Source: an uncultured Phycisphaeraceae bacterium
Lineage (GTDB): Bacteria; Planctomycetota; Phycisphaerae; UBA1845
Reading direction: 5' to 3'
DNA length: 25,559 bases
Assembly (NCBI GenBank): GCA_964574925.1
Contig: CAZNQN010000001.1
Coordinates: 1-25,559, forward strand
Shown: positions 1 through 8,198 of the stretch, piece by piece
Layout of the letters: each line of letters opens with the position of its first letter
Position numbering within the stretch: position 1 is the stretch's first letter
The notes under the pieces: generated by a model
Told to the model about the DNA's origin: nothing
Seen by the model: the letters and a program-made list of their open reading frames with translations, nothing else
Database searches by the model: none
Made by a program: the position numbers and the translations under genes

Positions 1-31
1 GCGTGATGGGGGTCGATTCCACCAAGCAGCG

Positions 32-736
32 ATGGTTCGCGGCGGAGTGATCGCGGCGCTGTTGCTGTCGGCGGTTGCGGCGCGGGGTCAGACGGCCTCG
101 CTGGGGGCGAGAGTGCGGGCAGAGCGGGCGGCGGGCAAGCCGATCATCCCGCCGCGCGAAGCGCCCAAGACGTCGCGGAACCGGATCTATGACGCTTATT
201 CGTGGATCACCACGCGTCCGAAACCGCCGCGGAGATTCCGCCCCGGCGACCTGATCACCATCATCGTGCGGGAGAACCGGCAGTTCGAGTCGGAAGCGGA
301 ACTGCGCACGCGCAAGCGGGTGGACCTGACCAGCGAGCTGGAGGCGTTCATCAAGCTGATCAACGGCGGCGTGGGGTCTTCGCAGTTTCTGCGCGGCAAA
401 CCCAACATCGACTACAAGCTCAACTCGCGGATCCAGAACACCGGCAACAAGGACCGGGAGGATCGTCTGACGTTGCGGATCACCGGGCGGATCATCGATG
501 TGAAACCCAACGGTCTGCTGGTGATCGAAGCGCGGGGACTCGTGCAGCACGACGAGGAAGTCAGCGTGATGACCTTGACGGGAACGTGCCGCAAGGAAGA
601 CGTCACCGCCGACAACACGATTCTCAGCACGCAACTGGCGGACAAGGAGGTCAAGATCGTCAACAAGGGAGCGATGCGGGACATCGCGCGGCGGGGCTGG
701 TTGCTCAAACTCGTCGACTGGGTCAGCCCCTTCTAG
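32..736 (+). CDS. flgH: Flagellar basal body L-ring protein FlgH
   Basis: Motifs PGDLITIIVRE, ITGRIIDVKPNGLLVIEA and EDVTADNTILSTQLAD, plus the C-terminal GWL...VSPF, match FlgH. It lies upstream of flgI. N-terminus is a hydrophobic signal peptide. The frame is open back to the window edge, so the start is slightly uncertain. Confidence 0.92.
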   Translation: MVRGGVIAALLLSAVAARGQTASLGARVRAERAAGKPIIPPREAPKTSRNRIYDAYSWITTRPKPPRRFRPGDLITIIVRENRQFESEAELRTRKRVDLTSELEAFIKLINGGVGSSQFLRGKPNIDYKLNSRIQNTGNKDREDRLTLRITGRIIDVKPNGLLVIEARGLVQHDEEVSVMTLTGTCRKEDVTADNTILSTQLADKEVKIVNKGAMRDIARRGWLLKLVDWVSPF

Positions 737-873
737 GAACGAATGATGCAAAGGGCATGGAAGCCATCGATCGGTGTCGTTCGACTCGCGGCGCGGGAGA
801 GGACGCGAGCGCCTCGCCGTGCATCCGCCTGGGCCACCGTGCGGGCGGTCGATCGCTGCTTTGACATTCGTCC

Positions 874-897
874 GCTCCCTTACGGTCGCGGCTCCGT
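874..897. repeat. REP-like element, intact copy (GCTCCCTTACGGTCGCGGCTCCGT)
   Basis: The same 24-mer recurs split at 980-989 plus 1047-1060, with degenerate partial copies nearby. It resembles the CGCTCCCTnACGGTCGCGGCTC repeat I recall from planctomycete and acidobacterial genomes. Confidence 0.7.
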
Positions 898-942
898 TCA
901 AGCTGTCGCGGATCGGTTCGGCACTCGCGGTTCCGTTCATGG

Positions 943-970
943 GCAATGCGCAATTCGCAACCCGCAATTC
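943..970 (+). repeat. Four tandem degenerate heptamers GCAA(TGC/TTC/CCC/TTC)
   Basis: Read directly: gcaatgc gcaattc gcaaccc gcaattc. Confidence 0.75.
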
Positions 971-979
971 AAGGGGACA

Positions 980-1060
980 GCTCCCTTACCCGTCTGCGTG
1001 CGGGCACGCCTGCCTGTGCGTTGCACGCAGACAGGCATAGGCAGGTGGTCGCGGCTCCGT
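980..1060. mobile_element. Nested miniature palindromic elements: REP copy interrupted by a 30-nt element, itself interrupted by a 27-nt element of the same family
   Basis: Removing 990-1046 restores the exact 24-mer seen at 874-897. Removing 1009-1035 from that insert leaves a 30-mer whose reverse complement (ACCTGCCTATGCGTGCCCGCACGCAGACGG) resembles the inner element (CCTGCCTGTGCGTTGCACGCAGACAGG). Confidence 0.7.
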
Positions 1061-1195
1061 ATCACGGTCCCGGCTCCGTCTGGCGACCGCGGCTCGATCC
1101 ACCGTTCGATCGTCGACAGTCGCGGCGCGGACCGGAAGAGGTTGTCGGGGGTCGGGGCAGGGACGGGAAAGAACCGGATCGCGGTGTCCGGGGGA

Positions 1196-2338
1196 ATGAG
1201 AATCGCGAACACGTTTCGGTGTTTCGTGCTTTCGGCGGTCCTGGGGACGGGCGTGTCCGCTTTTGCGCAGGTGCCGGTGGCCCGCGTGGGCGACGTGACC
1301 CGTTTGCAGGGGCAGGGCACCAACGTGCTGCTGGGCTACGGTCTGGTGACGGGACTGGACGGAACCGGCGACGGCGAGAAGTTTCTGCCGGCGATGCGGT
1401 CGCTGGCGGCGATGGTGCAGCGGTTCGGGGCCCAGGTGGATTCCTTGACCGATCTGGCCAAGGCCAAAAACGTCGCCATCGTCATGGTGGAGGTGGAGAT
1501 TCCCGAACACGGCGCGCGGGAAGGAGACCGTCTGGACGTGGCGGTGACCGCGGTGGCGGCGGAGAGTCTGGAAGGCGGGCGGTTGCTGCCCACGCCGCTG
1601 GTCTATCACGATCGTCACGTGGAGGGTCTGTTCGGGTTCGCCCAGGGCGCGATCGTCACCGAGGGCACGGCGAAAGCGTCGGGGGTCATCCGTCGCGGCG
1701 CGCGGATGGAGCGGGACGTGTTCATGAACGTGCTCGCCCGCGGGTCGGCGCTGCTCGCCGCCGGCATCCGCAGTCCGTGGATCAAACCGGGCGGAACGTA
1801 CATCACGCTGGTCCTCGACGAGGCGCACGCCGGATGGTCGATGGCGGCGGCTGTCGCGCAGGCGGTGGACAAGGAGCTGAACCTTTCCGCCGACGTGGAG
1901 CGGGTCGCCCTGGCGGTGGACAGCAAGAGCATCGTGGTGCTGGTGCCGGATCACCAGTTGAGCGATCCGGCCTCGTGGATCCGCGACGTGGAACAGACGC
2001 CGATCCTGATGGAATCCAACGAGGCGCGGGTCACGATCAACCGCAAGGCCGGCACCATCGTGATCACCGGCGATACGCGCATCTCGCCGGTGGTGATATC
2101 GCAACGCGGCCTGACGATCACGGTGATGAATCCCCAGGAGGACGGGACGGTGCCGCGTCCGCCGACGGAGGAACAGCGGTTCATCGCCGTGGATACGGAA
2201 TCGAACCGCCAGCCGAACGTCGCGGACCTGCTGGAAGCGCTCAACCGGCTGAAGGTGCCGTTTGCAGATCGGGTGTCGATTCTCGAGGAGATCCACCGGG
2301 CGGGGAAACTGCATGCGAAGATCCTCTACGAGGGATGA
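1196..2338 (+). CDS. flgI: Flagellar basal body P-ring protein FlgI (380 aa)
   Basis: Signal peptide followed by RVGDVTRLQG..TNVLLGYGLVTGLDGTGD, GDRLDVAV, SLEGGRLLPTPL, EARVTINRKAGTIVITG and AGKLHAKI. Start moved from 743 to the ATG at 1196, which follows GGGGGA and opens the signal peptide. Confidence 0.95.
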   Translation: MRIANTFRCFVLSAVLGTGVSAFAQVPVARVGDVTRLQGQGTNVLLGYGLVTGLDGTGDGEKFLPAMRSLAAMVQRFGAQVDSLTDLAKAKNVAIVMVEVEIPEHGAREGDRLDVAVTAVAAESLEGGRLLPTPLVYHDRHVEGLFGFAQGAIVTEGTAKASGVIRRGARMERDVFMNVLARGSALLAAGIRSPWIKPGGTYITLVLDEAHAGWSMAAAVAQAVDKELNLSADVERVALAVDSKSIVVLVPDHQLSDPASWIRDVEQTPILMESNEARVTINRKAGTIVITGDTRISPVVISQRGLTITVMNPQEDGTVPRPPTEEQRFIAVDTESNRQPNVADLLEALNRLKVPFADRVSILEEIHRAGKLHAKILYEG

Positions 2339-2685
2339 TGATGCGAATTGCACAAGCGGGCAGCACGCACGTCGTCGGCGCCGAGGGGCTCGACCCGGTC
2401 CGCCGCGATCTGCAACGGTTGCGGAAGGCGAGCGCGGCGGCGGTGGGTTCGGTCTTTTTCGGCACGCTGCTGCGGACGATGCGGAACAGCCGGTTGAAGG
2501 GCACATTCGGTCACGGCGGGCGCGGCGAGGACGTCTTCGCGGCGCAGCTCGATCAACTGCTGGCGGAGCGGATCGGACGGGCGACGAACACCGGTCTCCA
2601 GGAGGTACTGTTCGACCGCCTGAAACGGCAGCAGGAGGTGATCAGCCGGGCACGGGCGGCGAGGGAGCAAGGTGAGAAACCATGA
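2335..2685 (+). CDS. flgJ: Single-domain FlgJ (rod-binding/rod-cap domain, no muramidase), about 116 aa
   Basis: LRKAS...SVFFGTLLRTMR and GGRGEDVFAAQLDQLLAERI resemble the FlgJ N-domain. ATGA overlap with the flgI stop. Start could be 2335, 2338 or 2341. Confidence 0.8.
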   Translation: MMMRIAQAGSTHVVGAEGLDPVRRDLQRLRKASAAAVGSVFFGTLLRTMRNSRLKGTFGHGGRGEDVFAAQLDQLLAERIGRATNTGLQEVLFDRLKRQQEVISRARAAREQGEKP

Positions 2686-3215
2686 AGGCGACGGCGATGA
2701 GGACAACCGAACCGAAACGATTCCGCGATCTGATCCGTCTGCTGGAAACGCTGCGGGCGCTGCATGAGGAGTTGCTGGAGGTGATCCGCCGCAAGATGCA
2801 GGCGATGAAGGAGGCGGACCTTCCGGCCATGCAGGCCCTGACACGGCGGGAGCACAAGCTGATCGAGCGCATTCAGGAACGGGAAGGATGTCGGCGGCAA
2901 CTGCTCGACGTGCTGGGCGAAGAACTGGGTTTCCGCAACGGCAGCGGGCGGGCGGTGAATGTGTCGCAACTGGCGGATCGGCTGCCCGATTCGTGTCGGC
3001 GGACGCTGGAGCATACGGCGCGGGCGCTGCGTGACGTGGTCGTGAAGGTGGCGCAGGCGAACCGGGTGGCGGGCGCGATGTCGCGTGAGGTGATTCACCA
3101 TTTGACGTGGGTGTTCGCGGCGGCCCGTCCGCGGGCAGCGGCACCGGTGGGATACGGCGACAACGGAGCGCCGGTCGCGGCAGAGGACGCGGCGCTGCTG
3201 GATGCTGTGGGGTAG
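2682..3215 (+). CDS. flgN: Flagellar export chaperone FlgN
   Basis: Helical/coiled-coil 177-aa protein (HEELLEVIRRKMQAMKEADL; QANRVAG) between flgJ and flgK, with an ATGA overlap. Confidence 0.8.
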   Translation: MKATAMRTTEPKRFRDLIRLLETLRALHEELLEVIRRKMQAMKEADLPAMQALTRREHKLIERIQEREGCRRQLLDVLGEELGFRNGSGRAVNVSQLADRLPDSCRRTLEHTARALRDVVVKVAQANRVAGAMSREVIHHLTWVFAAARPRAAAPVGYGDNGAPVAAEDAALLDAVG

Positions 3216-3218
3216 ATC

Positions 3219-4943
3219 ATGGGTCTTTTGAATTCGGCATTGCAGATCGGTCGGTCGGCCATCCTCGGCTACGAGGGGGCGTTGCACGTGGTGGGCAACA
3301 ACATCAGCGGGGCCGGCTCTCCCGATTACACCCGCCAGTCACCCCGTCTGGACCCGGTGCCGGGACGGCTGACCGCCTCCGAGCTGCAACCGGGTGCCGG
3401 TGTGGCGCTGACCGACATTCAGCGGAACATCGATGATGCGCTGGAAGGGCGGATCCGTCTTGCGCTGGGCATGGATGCCTCCCTTCAAACGCAGGAAAGC
3501 GCGCTGGGGCGGCTCGAATCGATGTTCGACGATCTGACGGGCACGGGCGTGGGCACGCGGCTCTCCGAGTTCTTCGCCGCGTTCGACGACCTGCAGAACA
3601 CGCCGGAAGACCTCGGCATCCGGGAGCTGGCGATCAACCGGGGCGTGCTGCTGGCCCAGTCGCTGCGCGATCTGCGGCAACGGCTTACGGAACTGGGGGA
3701 CGATCTCGACTCGCAGATCGGTGATGTGGTTTCCCGCGCGGACGAGCTGGCCCGGCAGATTGCAGCGCTGAACGAGGAGATCGTCCGTGCCGAGGGCGGC
3801 CGGTCCACACAGGCGTCGGCACTGCGCGATCAGCGCGACGGGCTGCTGCGGGAACTGGGCAAACTGATGGATGTGGTCGTGCGGGAACAGCCGGACGGGA
3901 CGGTCAACGTCTATGTCGGGAACGAGGCGCTGATTCAGGGATCGAGCGTCCGCGGGCTGATCGCGGAACAACAGACGAGCGGCGGCGTGGTGCGCACCTC
4001 CGTGCGCTTCGCGGACACGGGACAGGAGATCACGCCGCGCGGCGGAGAGCTGCACGGGTTGCTCGTCAGCCGGGACCAGAACGATCAGATCCAGGCCGTC
4101 GATGAACTCGCCGCCGCCGTCATCGAAGCCGTCAACCGCATCCACGCCGACGGGCAGGGACTGGTCGGATTCACGGACGTGACGGGCGCGCAGGACGTCC
4201 TCGATGCGACGGTTCCGCTGGACAGCGGGGCGGCGGGGCTTCCGAGTTCCGTGCAAAACGGCAGTTTCTACATCACGGTGATGGATGAAGCCGGGCAGGC
4301 GCCGCAGTCGTTCCGCATCGACGTGCAGGCGGACGGAACGGAGAACGGCACCACGCTGGAAGACCTGGCGGCGGCGATCACGGAACAGGTGGACGGGGTG
4401 ACGGCTTCGGTCACCGGCGACCGGCGGCTGCGGATCCAGGCCGACGAAGGATTCTCCTTCGTGTTCGGCTTCGACGGGCAGTCGCCGCGGGCGGACACCT
4501 CCGGCGTGCTGGCGGCGCTGGGCATCAACACCTTTTTCACCGGAAAGGATGCGAGCGACATCGCGGTGAATGAATCGCTTCAGGCCTCGCCGGCGCTGCT
4601 GGCGGCGGGATCGTCCTTCCTGCCCGGCGACGGGAGCGTGGCCGGGCGGATCTCCTCCCTGGACGTGACCACGGTCGACCGACTCGGCGGGGCCACGTTG
4701 CAGGGGTTCTACGACAGCGTGGCCAACCGGGTGGCGGTGGTGTCTTCGGGGGTGCAGAGTGATCGGGAAGCGGCGTCGACGGTGCTCCGTTCGCTTCAGG
4801 CGCAGCGGGAAGCGATCAGCGGCGTCAACCTCGACGAGGAGGCCATCTCCCTTGTGAAGTTTCAGCGGGCGTTTCAGGGAACGGCGCGGTTCGTGGCCGC
4901 GGTGGACGAAATGTTGGCGCAGCTTCTGTTGATGCTGCGATAG
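3219..4943 (+). CDS. flgK: Hook-associated protein FlgK (HAP1)
   Basis: N-terminal LQIGRSAI..GNNISGA..PDYTRQ and C-terminal REAISGVNLDEEAISLVKFQRAFQGTARFV. Confidence 0.95.
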   Translation: MGLLNSALQIGRSAILGYEGALHVVGNNISGAGSPDYTRQSPRLDPVPGRLTASELQPGAGVALTDIQRNIDDALEGRIRLALGMDASLQTQESALGRLESMFDDLTGTGVGTRLSEFFAAFDDLQNTPEDLGIRELAINRGVLLAQSLRDLRQRLTELGDDLDSQIGDVVSRADELARQIAALNEEIVRAEGGRSTQASALRDQRDGLLRELGKLMDVVVREQPDGTVNVYVGNEALIQGSSVRGLIAEQQTSGGVVRTSVRFADTGQEITPRGGELHGLLVSRDQNDQIQAVDELAAAVIEAVNRIHADGQGLVGFTDVTGAQDVLDATVPLDSGAAGLPSSVQNGSFYITVMDEAGQAPQSFRIDVQADGTENGTTLEDLAAAITEQVDGVTASVTGDRRLRIQADEGFSFVFGFDGQSPRADTSGVLAALGINTFFTGKDASDIAVNESLQASPALLAAGSSFLPGDGSVAGRISSLDVTTVDRLGGATLQGFYDSVANRVAVVSSGVQSDREAASTVLRSLQAQREAISGVNLDEEAISLVKFQRAFQGTARFVAAVDEMLAQLLLMLR

Positions 4944-4956
4944 GGAGCGGGTCGGC

Positions 4957-6900
4957 ATGGCGGTCAGTCCGATCAACATCGCGCGGGTCAGCCAGAACCT
5001 CCAGACGAACTTCGTCCTGTCGTCGCTGCGACGGACGCAACGGGATCTGTTCCTCGCGCAGACGCAGATCGCCACCGGGCGGTCGTTCGTCACGCCCAGC
5101 GAAAACCCCATTGCCGCCGGGCGTGCGCTGGACTTCTCCCAGGCGCTGGCGCGGCAGGAGCAGTTCGTGGCCAACGTGCAGTACGGGGACAGCCTGCTGG
5201 CGGCGGCGGACAGCGCCTTGTCGGAACTGAACAGTCTGCTGGTGGATGCCTCGTCCATCGCCAGCCAGAACGTCAGCAACTTAACCGGTGCGGACGAGCG
5301 GCTCTCCGAGGCGGAGGTCGTCGCCGCCATCCGCCGCCAGGTGCAATCGGTCGCCAATCGGCGGTTCAACGGCCGCTACATCTTCGGCGGGCGCAGCACG
5401 GTGAGCCTGCCGTTCATCGACGCGCTGGGCGGGGTGGCCTACGTCGGCGATCTGGGGTTCCTGCGCACGCGCGTGGATACGCACCAGACGGCGCAGATCT
5501 CCACGCCCGGCAACGAGGTGTTCGGCGGGCTTTCACGTTCCGTGCAGGGCGGTGTCGATCTGACCCCGGTGCTGCGCGAGACCGTCCGGCTCGACGCGCT
5601 CAACGGGGCGACGGGGGAGGGCATCCGGCTCGGGACGCTGGTCTTCCGGGAAGGCGAGGGTGAGGGTGCGACCACCTTCCTCGTGGATCTCAGCGGCGCG
5701 GACACCATCGGGGACGTGGCCGATCGTATCACGCAGGCAGCCCAGGACGCGGGGGCTTCGGTGACGGCGTCCATCGGCGAGCGCGGTCTGGTGATCCAAT
5801 CGAACGGACCGGTGACGATCGGCGACCGCAGCGGCGGGGAGATCGCGGCGTCACTGGGACTGCTGGTGACCGAGCCGACGTCGGGCGAGATCGGCGGGGC
5901 GGACCTGGGGGTGCGCATCACGCCGCAGACGGCGGTGGAGGACCTGGCCGGCGGCGAGGGGATCGACCTGGAAGGCGGTCTGCTTATCACCAACGGCGAG
6001 CGTACGGTGACCGTGGATCTGTCCGGTGCGAAGACTGTGCAGGATGTTCTCAACGCGATCAACACGGCGGGGGTGTTCGTGCTGGCGCGGATCAACGAAG
6101 CGGGAACGGGCATCGATCTGTACAACCAGGTATCCGGCAGCGCGCTGCGCATCGGCGAAAACGGCGGCACCACCGCGACGGACCTGGGCATCCGCACGAT
6201 GTCGCCGTCCACGCCGCTTTCCGAGCTCAACGCGGGCGTGGGCGTGACCGCCGTGGAGGGACAGGAGGATTTCCGCATCACGGCCCGCGACGGATCCACC
6301 GTGGACGTCAACCTCGACGGGGCACAGACGATCGGGGACGTGATCGATCTGATCAACGCGGCCGCGGAGGAAGCGGGCGTGTCCGTGGAAGCGTCCCTGG
6401 CGGAGACGGGCAACGGGATCCGGATCACGGACAGCACGTCGGGATCGGGGAACCTGTCGGTGACGCTGCTGAACGCCTCACCGGCGGCCGTGCAGTTGGG
6501 CCTGCTCAAGACGGTGACCGATCCGGAGGCGGCGCTGGTGGGCGACGACGTGCGCCCGGTGCGGACGGACGGCATCATGGACGCGCTGTTCCAGCTCGAA
6601 CAGGCGCTGCGCAACGACGACACGCAGGGGATCACCGAGGCCGCCGATCGCCTGGATCAATTGCGCAACGAGCTGGTTCGGCAACAGGGGATCGTCGGCG
6701 CCCGGTCGCAGGGCATCACGCAGAAACGGCGGCAGATCGAAGATGCCAAGGTGGTGACACAACGGTTTCTGTCCGAGATTCAGGATCTCGATTACGCAGA
6801 GGCAACGACGAAACTGCAACAGACGCTGACGCAGTTTCAGGCGAACCTGCAGGTTGGTTCCGCGCTGCTGAACCTGTCGCTGCTGGATTTCCTCCGGTAG
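4957..6900 (+). CDS. flgL: Hook-associated protein FlgL (HAP3), long form with repeated central domains
   Basis: QIATGRSFVTPSENP, ANRRFNGRYIFGG and C-terminal SEIQDLDYAEATTKL..LSLLDFLR. Follows flgK. Confidence 0.93.
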   Translation: MAVSPINIARVSQNLQTNFVLSSLRRTQRDLFLAQTQIATGRSFVTPSENPIAAGRALDFSQALARQEQFVANVQYGDSLLAAADSALSELNSLLVDASSIASQNVSNLTGADERLSEAEVVAAIRRQVQSVANRRFNGRYIFGGRSTVSLPFIDALGGVAYVGDLGFLRTRVDTHQTAQISTPGNEVFGGLSRSVQGGVDLTPVLRETVRLDALNGATGEGIRLGTLVFREGEGEGATTFLVDLSGADTIGDVADRITQAAQDAGASVTASIGERGLVIQSNGPVTIGDRSGGEIAASLGLLVTEPTSGEIGGADLGVRITPQTAVEDLAGGEGIDLEGGLLITNGERTVTVDLSGAKTVQDVLNAINTAGVFVLARINEAGTGIDLYNQVSGSALRIGENGGTTATDLGIRTMSPSTPLSELNAGVGVTAVEGQEDFRITARDGSTVDVNLDGAQTIGDVIDLINAAAEEAGVSVEASLAETGNGIRITDSTSGSGNLSVTLLNASPAAVQLGLLKTVTDPEAALVGDDVRPVRTDGIMDALFQLEQALRNDDTQGITEAADRLDQLRNELVRQQGIVGARSQGITQKRRQIEDAKVVTQRFLSEIQDLDYAEATTKLQQTLTQFQANLQVGSALLNLSLLDFLR

Positions 6901-7142
6901 CGGTGACGCGGCGGCGTGGTGAGGGGAAAGGGGCATCCGGCGGAGGGTGGAAGCGGTTGGATGACGGGGCGCGCCGGGTCGGTCCGGCGGCGCCGAGAAC
7001 GGAGTGATCGCCCGGTGGAGGAGACACCGGGGCGCGGCGAAACAGGCCGCGCGTTACGACGGGCATCGGACGGATCGATCACGGGGATCGCCGGACGGTG
7101 TCCGAAACGGGCCGGTCGGGTGTCGTGAATGGGAGTGACACG

Positions 7143-7592
7143 ATGATTATCCAGACGTCACGGTTCGGACCACTGGAGGTGGATGCGGATCGGTTGATCA
7201 CCTTCGAGGAAGGGATCCTCGGGTTCCCGCAGCAGAAGCAGTACGCGCTGGTGCAGACGGGGGAGGGAAGCGGGTTCTACTGGTTGCAGTCGGTGGACGC
7301 GGCGGATCTGGCGTTCGTGGTGTGTGATCCGCGGTTGTTCGTGGCCGACTACCAGGTCCCGGTCAAGCTCGACGAACTGGAGGGTATCGGGCTGACCGAC
7401 CCGAAGGACGCGCAGGTGTTCGTGATCGTCAACAAGGTGGGCGACCTGCTGACGGGGAACTTCCAGGGACCGCTGGTGATCAACGTGCGGAACCGGCGGG
7501 GACGGCAACTGGTGCTGTCCGACAAACGGTTCGCGACGCGGCACCCGCTGATGCGGATTCCCAAGGCTCAGGCCGCCTCCAAGACGGCCTAG
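7143..7592 (+). CDS. fliW: Flagellar assembly factor FliW (149 aa)
   Basis: IQTSRFG, ITFEEGILGF, WLQSVD, LAFVVCDP and TGNFQGPLVIN..RGRQLVL. ATG at 7143 with GGGAG upstream. Confidence 0.95.
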   Translation: MIIQTSRFGPLEVDADRLITFEEGILGFPQQKQYALVQTGEGSGFYWLQSVDAADLAFVVCDPRLFVADYQVPVKLDELEGIGLTDPKDAQVFVIVNKVGDLLTGNFQGPLVINVRNRRGRQLVLSDKRFATRHPLMRIPKAQAASKTA

Positions 7593-7807
7593 GCGCAAAG
7601 GGTAGCCGGACGACGCAGGATAGGACTACAATGAAACAGGGAGGTTTTTGAGCCATTGTCCGGCCGGGCGGACACCGCAGAGGCCGCGCCGCGCCATCGG
7701 GCGGCCCGTCGGGAGCAGATTCCTGATCGGTCGGCATGGGTCGTCATGTCGCCGGCGGAAACCGGTCCGGCAGGCAACGCATCGGCGAAACGAGGAAGGA
7801 TCCAACC

Positions 7808-8131
7808 ATGTTGGTGCTATCACGACAGCGCGATGAAACCATCATCATCGGAGACGACGTGGAGATCACCGTCGTCGACATCCGCGGGGACAAGGTGCGG
7901 CTGGGCATCACCGCGCCTCGTCACATCCAGGTTCATCGCAAGGAAGTCTACGAGGCCATCAAGCGGGAGAACCAGCAGGCGGCCAAGATCAGCCCCCGCG
8001 ACGTGCCCCCGCTGGCGGAACAGGACGCGGACAAGGAAGGCAAGAATCCGAACGTGCCTTCCAACACGGAGGAACCGGAGCAACAGAGCAACGATTCGCA
8101 CCGGACCAATCACACGGAGCGATCGCGATAG
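7808..8131 (+). CDS. csrA: Carbon storage regulator CsrA, FliW-antagonised type (107 aa)
   Basis: [42 protein letters not shown]. Asn55 and a C-terminal extension are present as in FliW-binding CsrA. GAGGAAGGA upstream of the ATG at 7808. Confidence 0.96.
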   Translation: MLVLSRQRDETIIIGDDVEITVVDIRGDKVRLGITAPRHIQVHRKEVYEAIKRENQQAAKISPRDVPPLAEQDADKEGKNPNVPSNTEEPEQQSNDSHRTNHTERSR

Positions 8132-8156
8132 GAATCGAATGGATTGCTAGGACATG

Positions 8157-8192
8157 CCCCGTGCAAGGCGGCACGGGGAAAGTCAGGGAGGA
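8157..8192 (+). promoter_or_regulatory. Flagellin leader: hairpin CCCCGTGC-AAGGCG-GCACGGGG followed by SD CAGGGAGGA (candidate CsrA target)
   Basis: Perfect 8-bp stem at 8157-8164/8171-8178. SD at 8184-8192 contains AGGGA. The architecture resembles the Bacillus hag leader. Confidence 0.6.
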
Positions 8193-8198
8193 TTCAAC

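Noticed and set aside
1-50. 3' end of an upstream gene (flgA would be expected)
   Set aside because: Too little sequence. Stops exist in two frames (4-6 and 48-50) and neither fragment is identifiable.
860-1100. CRISPR array
   Set aside because: Repeats are irregular, nested and degenerate, without uniform spacers, and no cas genes are present.
743-1195. 151-codon in-frame N-terminal extension of flgI in the ORF track
   Set aside because: It runs through the repeat cluster, is Arg/Pro-rich and lies before an obvious signal peptide starting at 1196. Treated as non-coding.
946-2334. Long ORF apparently fusing 463 extra residues to FlgJ
   Set aside because: It is an alternative frame over flgI with low-complexity Arg/Gly content. 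Only the part from 2335 is FlgJ-like.
7590-7800. Possible c-di-GMP riboswitch (GCAAA and GAAA motifs) ahead of csrA
   Set aside because: The paired stems and spacing of the c-di-GMP-I or -II aptamers could not be assembled. An Rfam/Infernal scan would settle it.
6901-8198. Sigma-28 promoter for fliW, csrA or fliC
   Set aside because: No TAAA-N15-GCCGATAA-like pair was found by eye. GCCGAGAA near 6992 has no matching -35.
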